Source of the DNA: Selaginella moellendorffii
Lineage: Eukaryota > Plantae > Lycopodiophyta
Length of the DNA: 64,000 nt
NCBI RefSeq assembly: GCF_000143415.4
Contig: NW_003314292.1
Coordinates: 252,590 to 316,589 of the forward strand
Reading direction: 5' to 3'
Shown: one piece after another, positions 12,867 through 23,111 of the stretch
How the letters are laid out: the number at the start of each line of letters is the position of its first letter
Numbering within the stretch: position 1 is the first letter of the stretch
Notes under the pieces: model-generated
What the model saw: the letters and a program-made list of their open reading frames with translations, nothing else
Told to the model about the DNA's origin: nothing
Databases searched by the model: none
Translations under genes and position numbers: made by a program

Positions 12867-13052
12867 GAACACTGAGTTTTGCGTGTAGTAGTATAAGTGT
12901 GAGTGTGGCTTTGTTTTGCAATAAGCAAAGGTGGTGGGGGCATCTAACAGAATATCCGATCCATTGACTTTGACCAAGGCCGACTTTAATTATTTTGACC
13001 TTTGACCCGAGAATATGCTTTTGAGTATTCCTGCTATCTTGAATGTTTGGCT

Positions 13053-13850
13053 ATGGCGGTGGCGATCAACCCGGCATCGATCTTGTTGCCGGGGCGGGCG
13101 CGATCGATACGAGGTCTGTGCTCTTCCAGTCCGGTCGCGGGATCTTTGGCCACCGAGGAGGAGCAGCGCCAGCAGCGAAGAGCGCTCAAGGACGCTCTGG
13201 CGGAGCGGCTGGACGATAGCAAGGGGAATCTAGACGAGGAGTCGCTGCGATTGATCTCGTCGCTGGAGGTGCTGAGCCCCCTGGTGGATCTCTCCCAGGT
13301 GCCGCACCTCTACCGCGGGTGCTTCCAGGGATTGCGCGCCTCGTTCAAGAACTCGGGGAGGAAGGGCGAGGTCCAGAAGGAGGTGGGCTTCTCCGGCGCG
13401 GTGGTCACGCTGGGGCGGGCGACCTTCAACGTTTACAAGCCGACGAGCCTGGAGATCGTGCTGGGCACCACGTACAATCACGTCGGATTCACGGGCGAGG
13501 ACGATTACTCGCTCATCATCCAGTTCCGGGTCGCGGGCCGCGACGATCTCGAGGGAATGCTCGTGAACCGCGCGAGGTTTAGCATCTCTGCGCCCAAGAG
13601 GATGGATGTGCTCTTCCTCTCGTCGACGATGAAGCCCAGGTTCTCCAGGGATTTGGGGGCGTGGATCGATTTCTTCCGGCGCGACAATGCGAGCATCAGC
13701 GAGGAGGATGGATCGGTGGATGCCACTCTCCCGGCGGCCAAAGGATGGCTGGATTACCTCTACCTGGACGAGGAGATCAGGATCACGAGAGGGAATCGAG
13801 GCGGCGTGTCAGTCGTCCAGCGGCTCGACGAGCCTGTTATAAATATCTAG
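13053..13850 (+). CDS. PAP/fibrillin-family plastid protein (intronless)
   Basis: Transit-like N-terminus; C-terminal GWLDYLYLDEEIRITRGNRG fibrillin motif. Confidence 0.8.
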   Translation: MAVAINPASILLPGRARSIRGLCSSSPVAGSLATEEEQRQQRRALKDALAERLDDSKGNLDEESLRLISSLEVLSPLVDLSQVPHLYRGCFQGLRASFKNSGRKGEVQKEVGFSGAVVTLGRATFNVYKPTSLEIVLGTTYNHVGFTGEDDYSLIIQFRVAGRDDLEGMLVNRARFSISAPKRMDVLFLSSTMKPRFSRDLGAWIDFFRRDNASISEEDGSVDATLPAAKGWLDYLYLDEEIRITRGNRGGVSVVQRLDEPVINI

Positions 13851-14401
13851 TACAGTAGAGAATTTTAAAATAAAAATGGATATAGCCGTTTGTTTCTAGG
13901 GCTAGGGTATTTCGATCGATGGAGCTGAGATGGCGCTCTGGCGCGAGCTGAGCGCTTGCATCGGTCGAGTCGCGATCGCGCTCGCATTTGTGAGAGGAAT
14001 CGCGGTTGTTAATCAGGTACTTCGATCAATAGCACCGAATTCGATCGCATTCTTGTTCGATGGATCTTTTTGCTGCAAAGCTCTGTGCATTCAAAGAAAT
14101 CTTGATCGCTTTCATGTCTATTTCTATTTCATCATGCACGAGATCGACGAGTTTGATCGGAATGTGTGAGATTTTTTTCTTTGGTTTTTCCTGACACACA
14201 ATGTGTGTTCTCGTGACATACGGTTTCTTTTCTTGGTGCTCACAAGAATTTGGCATACATTTTTTTCGTCTTGTATTCAAGAGACTTTTGCTTCACTTCA
14301 TGTGTTCCTGACACATAGAATGGTTTCTACAAAATATAGATAGATTTCTTTTTTCTTTTCTCTAACCAAATGCTTGCTTGCTTCTTCTCAGGCGAGTCCT
14401 A

Positions 14402-16243
14402 TCATCTGCTCACTCGGCAATTGAGGTCGGGGCTCCAGTCCTCGCTTCCAACACAATGGGTACACACGAAAAGTCCGCTGGGATCGACTTTGTCCTTGAT
14501 TTTCTTGAGGGCGTCGTAGTTGCTGCCGAAGAAGGATTGCTGCCAAGAGGGCTCGTTCCTGTTGGCCTCGTTCATGTAGCTTCCGGAGCCAGGGGTCAAG
14601 TCGGTCAGCATTTTGTAACCACTGCTCATCTCCGACGCAAGGCTCGACTTGGTCTCCATGGTGCTGTTCTCGGCGAAAGGCCTCACGTAGAGAACATGCA
14701 AGAGGGCGTTTCGCCAGGCAGGGTTGACGGCGTTGTCCTGGGCTTTGGAAACTTTGCCTCCACCGACGAGATATCCCGAGATCCGCTGGAAGCCCATCTC
14801 TCCGAGTGAAACCAGTGCTTCCGCGAGCTTGTAAGGTGATTTTTCAGCAAGGGTGCGAGGGATCAGCCTGGATGCTTCAAGCTGAGAGAAACCAGACGGG
14901 AAGCCGCATTTACCGTTTGTGCACTGGTTCTCGAGGTGCCATTCGTAGTACGAGGAGAACTCCTTGATCTTACCACTGACGACGACGAGCTCGTTCTTCC
15001 AGCCTTCAACGTATGCAAGCAGGGGCTGGAGCGACTTCTCTGCAAAGGCCATGTCCTTGTTGGGGAGAAGATACTGGGCTATCAGAGTCTTGCCGGCAGC
15101 GATGAAGAAGCCTCCCCATCCTGCGTCGGCCATGGACGGGTTTAAGCTGATGACTTTGGCAAGCAGATCCTTGAAGGCGGAAGAAGTGCTGTTGGGACCT
15201 GTGGTGATGATATACGACGCGAAGACGAGGTTCGTCAGTGCCGGGTGTGCAACATAAGTGACCGCTGTGACAACACCGAAAGTACCTCCGCCTCCTCCTC
15301 GAAGCGCCCAGAAGAGCTCCTTGTTCTGGCAGGAGTTTGCCACCACCAGTTTCCCATCGGCTGTGACGACGTCGTACTCCAAAACGTTGTCTGCTGCGAG
15401 ACCAAAGGATGGAGAGAGCTGGCTGTGGCCACCTCCTTGAGGATACCCACCGGCAGCTCCGACTGAAACACATTGAGCTCCTACGACGGTCCTCTTGTTC
15501 TTATGCGCCGCGGCGTAGACCTCCTCCCACTGGACACCGGCTCCGACTTTCACAGAAGGGGTGTTCTTACCGGTGTGGCAGCTCTGAGACCTGGGGGTCC
15601 TCAAGGCGACCCAAGGATCTTGAGCTTCCGGCGCTTCGACTTCATACTCGGCGAGCTCGTGGAATTTGTCCGAGAAAGTGATATCCTTGAGGTGATGGAC
15701 CCAGATGCTGAGAGACCCCGGGGCCGTGTTCTTTCCCGTCATGTCGTGGCCGCTGTTCTTGATGACGAGTCGAAGATTGTGCTGCGACGCGAACGAGACT
15801 GCCTTTTGGACTTGAGACACTGTGGACACATCGACAACATACATTGGTACGGCACCTTGCAAACATTCCGAGGCTCTGTCGCCCCGCAGCAGGCAGCCTT
15901 TGTCTCCATCCATCTCCATGTTGGGGACTTGCAACGCGCTGGGCTGGTCGGATCTCCAGAAGGGGTCACCCGAGTTCTCGGTGACGAGCTTGCAAGCATT
16001 CTCGTCGAAGTAAGGATCATGGCAAGGGAAGCCCAGCGGCTTTGCTGCTATCAGTGCTCCTCCGACCGACGCATTGAAACTCTCCCACGTCTTGGCGTCT
16101 GGCCAGCATTCCTGCGACGGGAGACACCGGCATGATCCTGCTGCTGCTGCTCCACGTAACGACAGTGGGAGGAATGTTATCATCAACACAATGACTAGCA
16201 GCTGGTAGTAGTGGCGATCATCCTCAGCAGCACTGGACGCCAT
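14402..16243 (-). CDS. Secreted FAD-linked oxidoreductase (FAD_binding_4 + BBE), fungal type
   Basis: Hydrophobic signal, CRCLPSQECWP, KNSGHDMTGK..PGSLSIW.HHLK, C.SVGAAGGY.QGGGHS, GSYMNEA and IKDKVDP.GLF.C..CVGSE; intronless. Confidence 0.92.
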   Translation of the reverse strand: MASSAAEDDRHYYQLLVIVLMITFLPLSLRGAAAAGSCRCLPSQECWPDAKTWESFNASVGGALIAAKPLGFPCHDPYFDENACKLVTENSGDPFWRSDQPSALQVPNMEMDGDKGCLLRGDRASECLQGAVPMYVVDVSTVSQVQKAVSFASQHNLRLVIKNSGHDMTGKNTAPGSLSIWVHHLKDITFSDKFHELAEYEVEAPEAQDPWVALRTPRSQSCHTGKNTPSVKVGAGVQWEEVYAAAHKNKRTVVGAQCVSVGAAGGYPQGGGHSQLSPSFGLAADNVLEYDVVTADGKLVVANSCQNKELFWALRGGGGGTFGVVTAVTYVAHPALTNLVFASYIITTGPNSTSSAFKDLLAKVISLNPSMADAGWGGFFIAAGKTLIAQYLLPNKDMAFAEKSLQPLLAYVEGWKNELVVVSGKIKEFSSYYEWHLENQCTNGKCGFPSGFSQLEASRLIPRTLAEKSPYKLAEALVSLGEMGFQRISGYLVGGGKVSKAQDNAVNPAWRNALLHVLYVRPFAENSTMETKSSLASEMSSGYKMLTDLTPGSGSYMNEANRNEPSWQQSFFGSNYDALKKIKDKVDPSGLFVCTHCVGSEDWSPDLNCRVSR

Positions 16244-17010
16244 ACTCTCCACTCAAGCTTTCAGTACTTCCGCACCTGTATCAAGCAGTTAAATACACCA
16301 ACAACACCGAGAAAGAGGGAGGTATGTGCTCGATGCTCATGGATCTTTGGTCTACACTTTTTGACTGTTCTAACGCTTTCCGCATCATTGAATCGCCGCC
16401 TTATCGCGTTTGTGTTTGTGTGTGGTTTTCAGGCTCTTATTTTACTCGTAAAGGATTCTGTCCCTGCCAGCTTACAGTTGCTGAAACGTATTTTAGTGGC
16501 TAGTGCTCTTCACAACACATGGTTTAAACGATCACGGGCACGTCTTTCCCAGTGTGAGCGGAGCGGAGTGGAGTGTTTGGACTTTTCTGTAAGAGGTCTG
16601 TTATTCTCGATGCACTTCTTTTTTCTAACGCTGAGAATTATAGCTCTGTGGTCAGTGCCCGACACGCAAGTCCACCGAGAATGCCCCAGAATTGAATAGC
16701 CGCAGGTTTCACATGTCAAAACGTGAGCCATGGCTTTCTGTCGGTATCACTCCCAGTGTGAGCGGCAGCCATACCACAACTTTACAGCGCGGTTTGCTCT
16801 TCGTGGGTCCTCATGACTTGAAATAGCTGTTGTTGTTGTTGCAGCAGCCTGCAATGCCGTAGTGCTTCTGATATTACTTTACGTAAGCATTATGTCGTCG
16901 CGCACTACCGAAGGTAAACCAAGTTTTATCACTTTAGCTAATGCTCACTTGTGTTTTGCACAAAACGCGCCAGGGGAGACCACATTGATCATGCTGAGGG
17001 AAGCTCAATT

Positions 17011-18867
17011 ATGTCAGTGGATCAACTAAAAGTGATAAGGTGCTCCACAGCAGGTGCCATATATTCTCCCAGCAAAGACATTCAGCTCTCCAACATTCTT
17101 CTACAGACTTATGCGAAGTGCGGGGATCTGTTACATGCACGCTCGGTGTTCGATGGCATCTGCGACAAGGACATCATCTCATGGGTCTCTATGCTCTCTG
17201 CTTATGCCCGAAATGGACATCTGGAGGAGGCCAGAGCACTGTTCCAAGGAATGCCACAGCGGAACTCGGTGGCTTGCACTACTATGCTGGTCGCTTATGC
17301 CCGGAGCGGGCAAACTGACGAGGCAAAGCGAGTGTTTGACGACATGAAAGAGAGGAACTTGGTGACCTGGAACGCTATGCTCGCTGGCTATGCCAGGAAA
17401 GGACACTTGGTCGAGGCGAAGCTGCTGTTTCAGATTGCTCCAGAGAGGGATGTGGTTTCATGGACGACAATGGTTACTGCTCATGCTGAGAAAGGCCACG
17501 TAGAAGACGCGAAGAAATACTTCGAGAGAATGCCAGAGCGAGACTTGGTTTCCTTCACTACTATGCTGACTGCATACGCAGAGAACAGCCGTTTTCACGA
17601 GGCCCGGACTTTGTTTTCCAGGATGCCAGAGCTCGACTTGGTATCCTGGAACGCAATGCTGGTGGCTTATGCTCACGAGAACGACTTGGAGGGTGCAAGG
17701 CAGGTGTTTGATCGGATGCAAGAACGAAACATGATATCGTGGAACGTGATGCTGTCCGGGTATGCTCAGCGCGGGGATATAGAAGAAGCTCGAAGAGTTT
17801 TCGACGCTATGCGGGTCCGCAATTTGGTCTCGTGGAACGCGATGCTCTCGGCACTCTCCCGCGGCTGCGAGCTCCAAGAGGCCAAGATGGTGTTTGACAG
17901 AATGCCGCAGCGGGACGTGGTCTCGTGGAACACCATGCTGTGTGCATTCGCTGAGAACGGGGAGATACAGTCGGCCAAGAAACTCTTAGACAGCATGCGC
18001 GAGTGGAACTTGGTGTCCTGTACGGCGATGCTGAGTGCTTACTCGGAAGCTGGCGAGCTCGAGAACGCGAGACACGTCTTCGATCTCATGAAGGAGCGGA
18101 ACGTCGTTTCCTGGACAGCCATGCTCTCGGCCTACGCGCAGAATGGTCACGTCCGGGAAGCCAAGCAGGTTTTCGACGCCATGGGAGTGAGGAATGTCTG
18201 TAGCTGGACAGCCATGCTCTCGGCCTACGAGAAGAACGGCCAGCTTGAGGAAGCCAAGCAAGTTTTCAGCGCGATGACGGACAGGAACCTCTCCTCGTGG
18301 AACGCGATGCTGGCGGCTTACGCTCGGAACGGGCATCCGGGGAAAGCTCGAGAGGTGTTTGAAGGGATTCCGGAGCAGCGGAACACGGTGTCGTGGAACG
18401 CGGTCCTGGCGGCCTGTGCGAGCAGCGGGGAGAGCTCCAGTGGCGCCATGGAGATGTTCTACACGATTGCGCTGAGTGGCGACGCAGGGGACGAGATATC
18501 TTTCGTGTGCATCCTGGTTGCGTGCTGCCACCTCGGGGAAGTTTACACTGGATGGCAGCTTTTCCAGTCCATGGCCAGGGACTACGGCTTGAAACCGGCC
18601 AAGCAGCACTACTGCTGTATGATTGATCTGCTGGGACGGGCCGGATATGTGGAAAGTGTGGAGGAGCTCATCGACAGTATGCCTTACGTGCCGGACGAGT
18701 GCGAGCGCACGGCCTTTCTCCGAGCTTGTGGAAGCCGCGGAGATACCACTGCTAGTTTACAAGCCCTTGGGAGCGTGGAGGAAAACAAGGCTACTGCTGC
18801 TACTGCTTCTTCCTACGTTCTTCTATCCAACACCCTCAAGCAGCGGCAATTCGTGAACATCCAGTAA
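17011..18867 (+). CDS. PLS-class PPR protein with a long run of 31-aa short motifs and truncated E domain, no DYW
   Basis: Repeats such as RNLVSWNAMLSAYA.NG.LEEAK.VFD.M, then HYCCMIDLLGRAG and YVLLSN; start uncertain (ORF opens at 16951). Confidence 0.92.
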   Translation: MSVDQLKVIRCSTAGAIYSPSKDIQLSNILLQTYAKCGDLLHARSVFDGICDKDIISWVSMLSAYARNGHLEEARALFQGMPQRNSVACTTMLVAYARSGQTDEAKRVFDDMKERNLVTWNAMLAGYARKGHLVEAKLLFQIAPERDVVSWTTMVTAHAEKGHVEDAKKYFERMPERDLVSFTTMLTAYAENSRFHEARTLFSRMPELDLVSWNAMLVAYAHENDLEGARQVFDRMQERNMISWNVMLSGYAQRGDIEEARRVFDAMRVRNLVSWNAMLSALSRGCELQEAKMVFDRMPQRDVVSWNTMLCAFAENGEIQSAKKLLDSMREWNLVSCTAMLSAYSEAGELENARHVFDLMKERNVVSWTAMLSAYAQNGHVREAKQVFDAMGVRNVCSWTAMLSAYEKNGQLEEAKQVFSAMTDRNLSSWNAMLAAYARNGHPGKAREVFEGIPEQRNTVSWNAVLAACASSGESSSGAMEMFYTIALSGDAGDEISFVCILVACCHLGEVYTGWQLFQSMARDYGLKPAKQHYCCMIDLLGRAGYVESVEELIDSMPYVPDECERTAFLRACGSRGDTTASLQALGSVEENKATAATASSYVLLSNTLKQRQFVNIQ

Positions 18868-19018
18868 TGCACTTCGTAATCTTTTTTGTTACTCTTCTTT
18901 GGAAATAACTAACATTGTCTATTTCATCTTCAACATCTGAAGCTCACACTATTTGGAAAATATGAACAGCTTACAGGGCTCGGGGCAAAAATGAAATTAT
19001 GATACTTTTATAAGCTCA

Positions 19019-20606
19019 TCAGACATGAATGGCATTGCCATTTGAGTTGAGGATGGCTTCAATGACAGCAACATCAATAAAAGCTTCTCCAGGACTACTG
19101 CGCTTATCAGCTTCTCCTCCCTGCATAAACTATTTAGTATATATACATAGACAACATTTCAATGGTACCAATAATACCTGTGAAAGGTCGTGAATGAATG
19201 ATCTCAATTCTTCCTCAACTCCACAGCAAGGATAAAAAATTGAGTTTTTACCCACCGAAGTAGCATGCGACACCTGTATTAGGTTAGTATTTGATGGAGA
19301 ATTTGGATTTGAATATCGCTCACCATAAAGCCTGGCTGACCATCTTGAGTATCTTGATCGACTTCAACTGTACCTTTTGTTCCAACAATTTTCCAGCTCA
19401 TCTAAATTTCCAAGGTTCATCATCTATAAAATTCTCTGAGCAAAACAGAACATACCTTCTTAGTTGTACAGGAAAACGAAATCATCAAAGTCCCGGCACA
19501 CCCGTTTTCCAGCTCACTGCAAACGTAAGACTTCGATTTAGCAGCCAAAACAATTCAAGAGAATAAGAAAACTTACAACAAAGCAGACACATTGTCTGGA
19601 GGAGGTAATGCTTCATCTACATGGCGGCAGATTGCTGAAACAGATTTTACTTCGGAACCAGTGATCTGAAACAGAAAAGTATGAACGTAAGAACGGGTTT
19701 GTTTTTCTTTTTCTTTAGAAAAAATGCAAATATTACCACTCGAAGCCCTGCAATTTGGTGAACAGCTCCATCCAAAACATATCCACCCTGTAATTTTTAT
19801 CGAAACACCGTGATAGATTAATTATATCATTTACCTTGAGCTCTCTTCGCCAAATGCTTGAAAATGATGACCGTGAGATGTTCATTGGACTTTCAACCGT
19901 TACTTCCACCGCCACCATGTGTCCTATGTCCTTCGCCAACTTGTGAGCCTGTGAAAACAAAAAATTCTTAGAATATATTTTATTTTTCTGAGCAATATTA
20001 ATTACCTCCACAAGTGCGCGCTCAAATCTGTAGTTTTCAGCTATTGCCCACACAGGTCTCATGGTGCCCAAACTTTCATAGAAACTTGTCAAACCCTGAG
20101 CTTGTTGAGTACTTGGAGCTATAGGCTTTTCTGTAGCTTCATGCGTTAGCCAGATCATAATAAACATGGTAAGCTTGTACCTTGAATAACATGTTTTCCT
20201 GCCTTGAGTGCCTGCATCACAAACTCTCCCTAACATCAAAATAAAATGGTTAGAAGTTCTGTCTGATATTATTACAGGCAATTGCATATACCTGCACTTG
20301 TGGCTGAAGAACAATCGCTACTGCAAGGATGGTATCATCACTGAGAATGTCATCTAGGCCCTGTTGACCCCACTTTGGCTGAACTCCTGGAACACAATCC
20401 TTGATCAAGGACACTGATCGCTCCGCAGATTCCTAGAAAAATGAGAGATTTATCATGCAAGGATCCTGGGAAAAATAGCCTAGTACCTGTGAGCGACTCC
20501 ACAGCGCCTTGAGTGAGACTACATCTGTAAGCTTGGTGGAGAAGAGAGGGAAATACTGCTTCTGTGCAAAATTTCCAACCCCTATTAGGGCTAAACTAGG
20601 TGCCAT
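19019..20606 (-). CDS. Gfo/Idh/MocA-family NAD(P)-dependent oxidoreductase, multi-exon (not shown whole in the ORF track)
   Basis: Spliced exons read MAPSLALIGVGNFAQKQYFP...LKALWSRSQ, EKPIA, WAIAENYRFE, GGYVLDGAVHQIAGLR, ...DVAVIEAILNS; TGA at 19019-19021. Confidence 0.85.
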
Positions 20607-20757
20607 CGCTGTGAAAAAGGAAGAGACTCCCCTCTATTTATATTAGAAAAACAACCATTATACGCTCTTAATTAAAAGGAGTTATTTTCCGTTAATCACA
20701 GTATATATATATATATATATCGATTTTTCCAGGTTTGGGTGAAGAAATCATGATTAT

Positions 20758-22959
20758 TCAAGTGCAAGGTGGTAAAATTCTGTCACCGGCATTAGAACAT
20801 ATACAAGCAAAGATGTTTTGCATCAACACGCACGCAGCTGCTAAGTCATCTTCCTCATCACTCGATTCGGCTAGAGACTTGAAAGCGATCAATCCCAGCT
20901 CCAAGTTCTTCCACTTCATACAAGCACCTAGAATGGTGATCCAAGCCATCGGAGTTGGACCACACGGCATAGCTCTCACCACCGCCATGGCCTCTTCCAC
21001 AAAACCAGCTCTTCCAACAAGATCCACCAGGCAAACGTAGTGATCCACGTCAGGCTCCACTCCATATCTGGACTTCATCACCCCGAAGAGCTTCTTCCCT
21101 TCCTCGACCAGCCCTGCGTGGCTGCAAGCTCCAAGAACCGACGAGAAAACCATACCATCTGGTAACACTCTCTCGACTTGCATCGCTTGGAACAGTTCTA
21201 ACACCATCTCCGCGTTTCCGTGCAGGCTGTATCCCAATATCAGCGAGCTCCACGCGACTAGACTCGATTTCCTGCTGCTCGAGGCATCAAATATGTGTTT
21301 CGCATCGACGCAGCAGCCACATCTGCCATAGAAATCCACCAAAACATTGGCCACGAACTCGTCGCTGTAAAACTCGTCAAAACCGTACCTGGAGAGCTCG
21401 CCGTGGATTCTTCTCCCGGAGCACAACGCAGCCAGAGCTCCGCAAGCCATCAAGGCAGCCACGAAAGTCCGGGGATTGGGAAAAACTCGGCCCTGCCTCC
21501 TCAGCTCAACGTAAGTTTCCAGAGCCAGCGAGGTCTCGCCCGCCTCGACGTAGCCAAGGATGAGAGAGTTCCACGAGACGACGCTGTGCTGCTCCATCCC
21601 CTGGAAAACCCTCCGACAGTCCTCCATGCTTCCACACTTTGCGTACAAGTGGACGAACGTGTTGGCGACGAACAGATCCTTCTCGGCTCCAGTGCTACTG
21701 GCTTGAGAGTGTAGCGCCATGGCTTTCTCAAGGCATCCAAGCTTCACGAGCTTCCCACTGTCTTGGACGCCTCTTTCGTTGGCTGCCAGGCACGAGCACG
21801 CCATGAGAGCAGCAACAAACGATCGCGAGTCGGGTTCTTCGCCAAGGCTTGTCATGCGAGAGAAAGCCGAGAGAGCTCGCTCTGCCTCTCCATTCTCAAC
21901 GTAGCCGAAGAGCAAAGAGTTCCAAGCTACGACGTCCCGGACGGCCATCTTCTCGAAAACCTTCTCGGCATCTCGGAGACTCCCGCAGAAGGCGTAGAGC
22001 TCGAGCAGCGCAGTGGAAACGTACAAGTCGGAGCTCCAGCCACCTTTCTCTGCCTGTGAGTGAATCGCTCTTCCTCTTGCTAGACTCTCGACTTTGACTA
22101 TCTTTCCAGAAAGTTTTGTGCCATCTTCTCCGGCTGCCAAGCTTGCACAGGCCTTGATCACCGCGACATAAGTTCGAGCATTCGGCCGAGCACAAGAAGA
22201 ACTGTCAAGCATCCGAGAGAAAAGCTCCAGAGCTAGCTCGCTTCTCCCATTCTCTACACACCCCATGATCAAAGCAGTCCAAGAAACCACGTCCCTGCCC
22301 TGCTGCTCCATCCCCTCGAAGATCCTAAAAGCGTCCACCAAGCTCTCACACTTGGCAAACATATCCACGAAAGAGTTTGCCACGAAAGTATTTCGGTGAT
22401 CGAGAAGAGCAAAACTCTCGATTTTCACGGCTAAAGCTAGGCTCGTATCTTTAACGATCCTGTCACCGCCATGTTGGTGTGCTTCTTCTTCTCTTACGGC
22501 CAAGCTCGAGCAAGCCATGGCCGCCGCAACCAAAGTCCGAGCATCACACCGTCCTTCTGAGCTCCCGGAGAGACGATCGCCTTCTACCATCCGAAAGAAG
22601 AGCTCCAGCGCGAGCCCGGGGCGACCATTCTCCGTGTAACCGACGATGAGAGAATTCCAAGACGCGGCACTGTGGACCGGCATTCTCTCAAACGCGGCGA
22701 TCGCGTCCAGCAAGGCGCCGCATTTGCCATACATGTGACTGGCGCTGTTTGCCACGAAGATAGAATCCTCCGCCAAGCAGCCATCCCTGGCAGCATCGCT
22801 GTGGATCCTCTTACCCAATTCGAGCTCCTTGGAGGCGCCGCAGCCCTTGAGCGCCGAAACCACGAGAGATACCTCCGCTGGCTCTAGCGCCGTGAATCCT
22901 GGATCTCGGTAAGCGCACCATAGATTCCATAGCCGCGAGAGACAAGCCCTCTTTCTCAT
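20758..22959 (-). CDS. PLS-class PPR protein (E-type, no DYW) with insertions in L motifs
   Basis: MYGKCG and VVSWNSLI.GY motifs, HYVCLVDLVGRAG, W..ILGAC; first in-frame ATG at 22959. Confidence 0.9.
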   Translation of the reverse strand: MRKRACLSRLWNLWCAYRDPGFTALEPAEVSLVVSALKGCGASKELELGKRIHSDAARDGCLAEDSIFVANSASHMYGKCGALLDAIAAFERMPVHSAASWNSLIVGYTENGRPGLALELFFRMVEGDRLSGSSEGRCDARTLVAAAMACSSLAVREEEAHQHGGDRIVKDTSLALAVKIESFALLDHRNTFVANSFVDMFAKCESLVDAFRIFEGMEQQGRDVVSWTALIMGCVENGRSELALELFSRMLDSSSCARPNARTYVAVIKACASLAAGEDGTKLSGKIVKVESLARGRAIHSQAEKGGWSSDLYVSTALLELYAFCGSLRDAEKVFEKMAVRDVVAWNSLLFGYVENGEAERALSAFSRMTSLGEEPDSRSFVAALMACSCLAANERGVQDSGKLVKLGCLEKAMALHSQASSTGAEKDLFVANTFVHLYAKCGSMEDCRRVFQGMEQHSVVSWNSLILGYVEAGETSLALETYVELRRQGRVFPNPRTFVAALMACGALAALCSGRRIHGELSRYGFDEFYSDEFVANVLVDFYGRCGCCVDAKHIFDASSSRKSSLVAWSSLILGYSLHGNAEMVLELFQAMQVERVLPDGMVFSSVLGACSHAGLVEEGKKLFGVMKSRYGVEPDVDHYVCLVDLVGRAGFVEEAMAVVRAMPCGPTPMAWITILGACMKWKNLELGLIAFKSLAESSDEEDDLAAACVLMQNIFACICSNAGDRILPPCT

Positions 22960-23111
22960 CCATCGCCATTCAAAATTTAGGGCTCCATGAACCCAAAAAC
23001 CTTTCACCCTTAGGGTTCTAACGTTAAAATTTTGATTTTAAAACCCTCAGGGTTTTAGTTAGGGTTCTAGCATTCCCGCCAGAAACCCTAGCGCAGGGGA
23101 TCGCTCGATCG
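22960..23111. promoter_or_regulatory. Putative compact bidirectional promoter with telo-box (AAACCCTA/TAGGGTT) motifs
   Basis: 152 bp between divergent ATGs containing several aaaccct/agggtt motifs. Confidence 0.55.

Noticed and set aside
13930-14169. 79-aa ORF after a telo-box-like motif
   Set aside because: No recognisable homology; lies in the convergent 3' region of two genes
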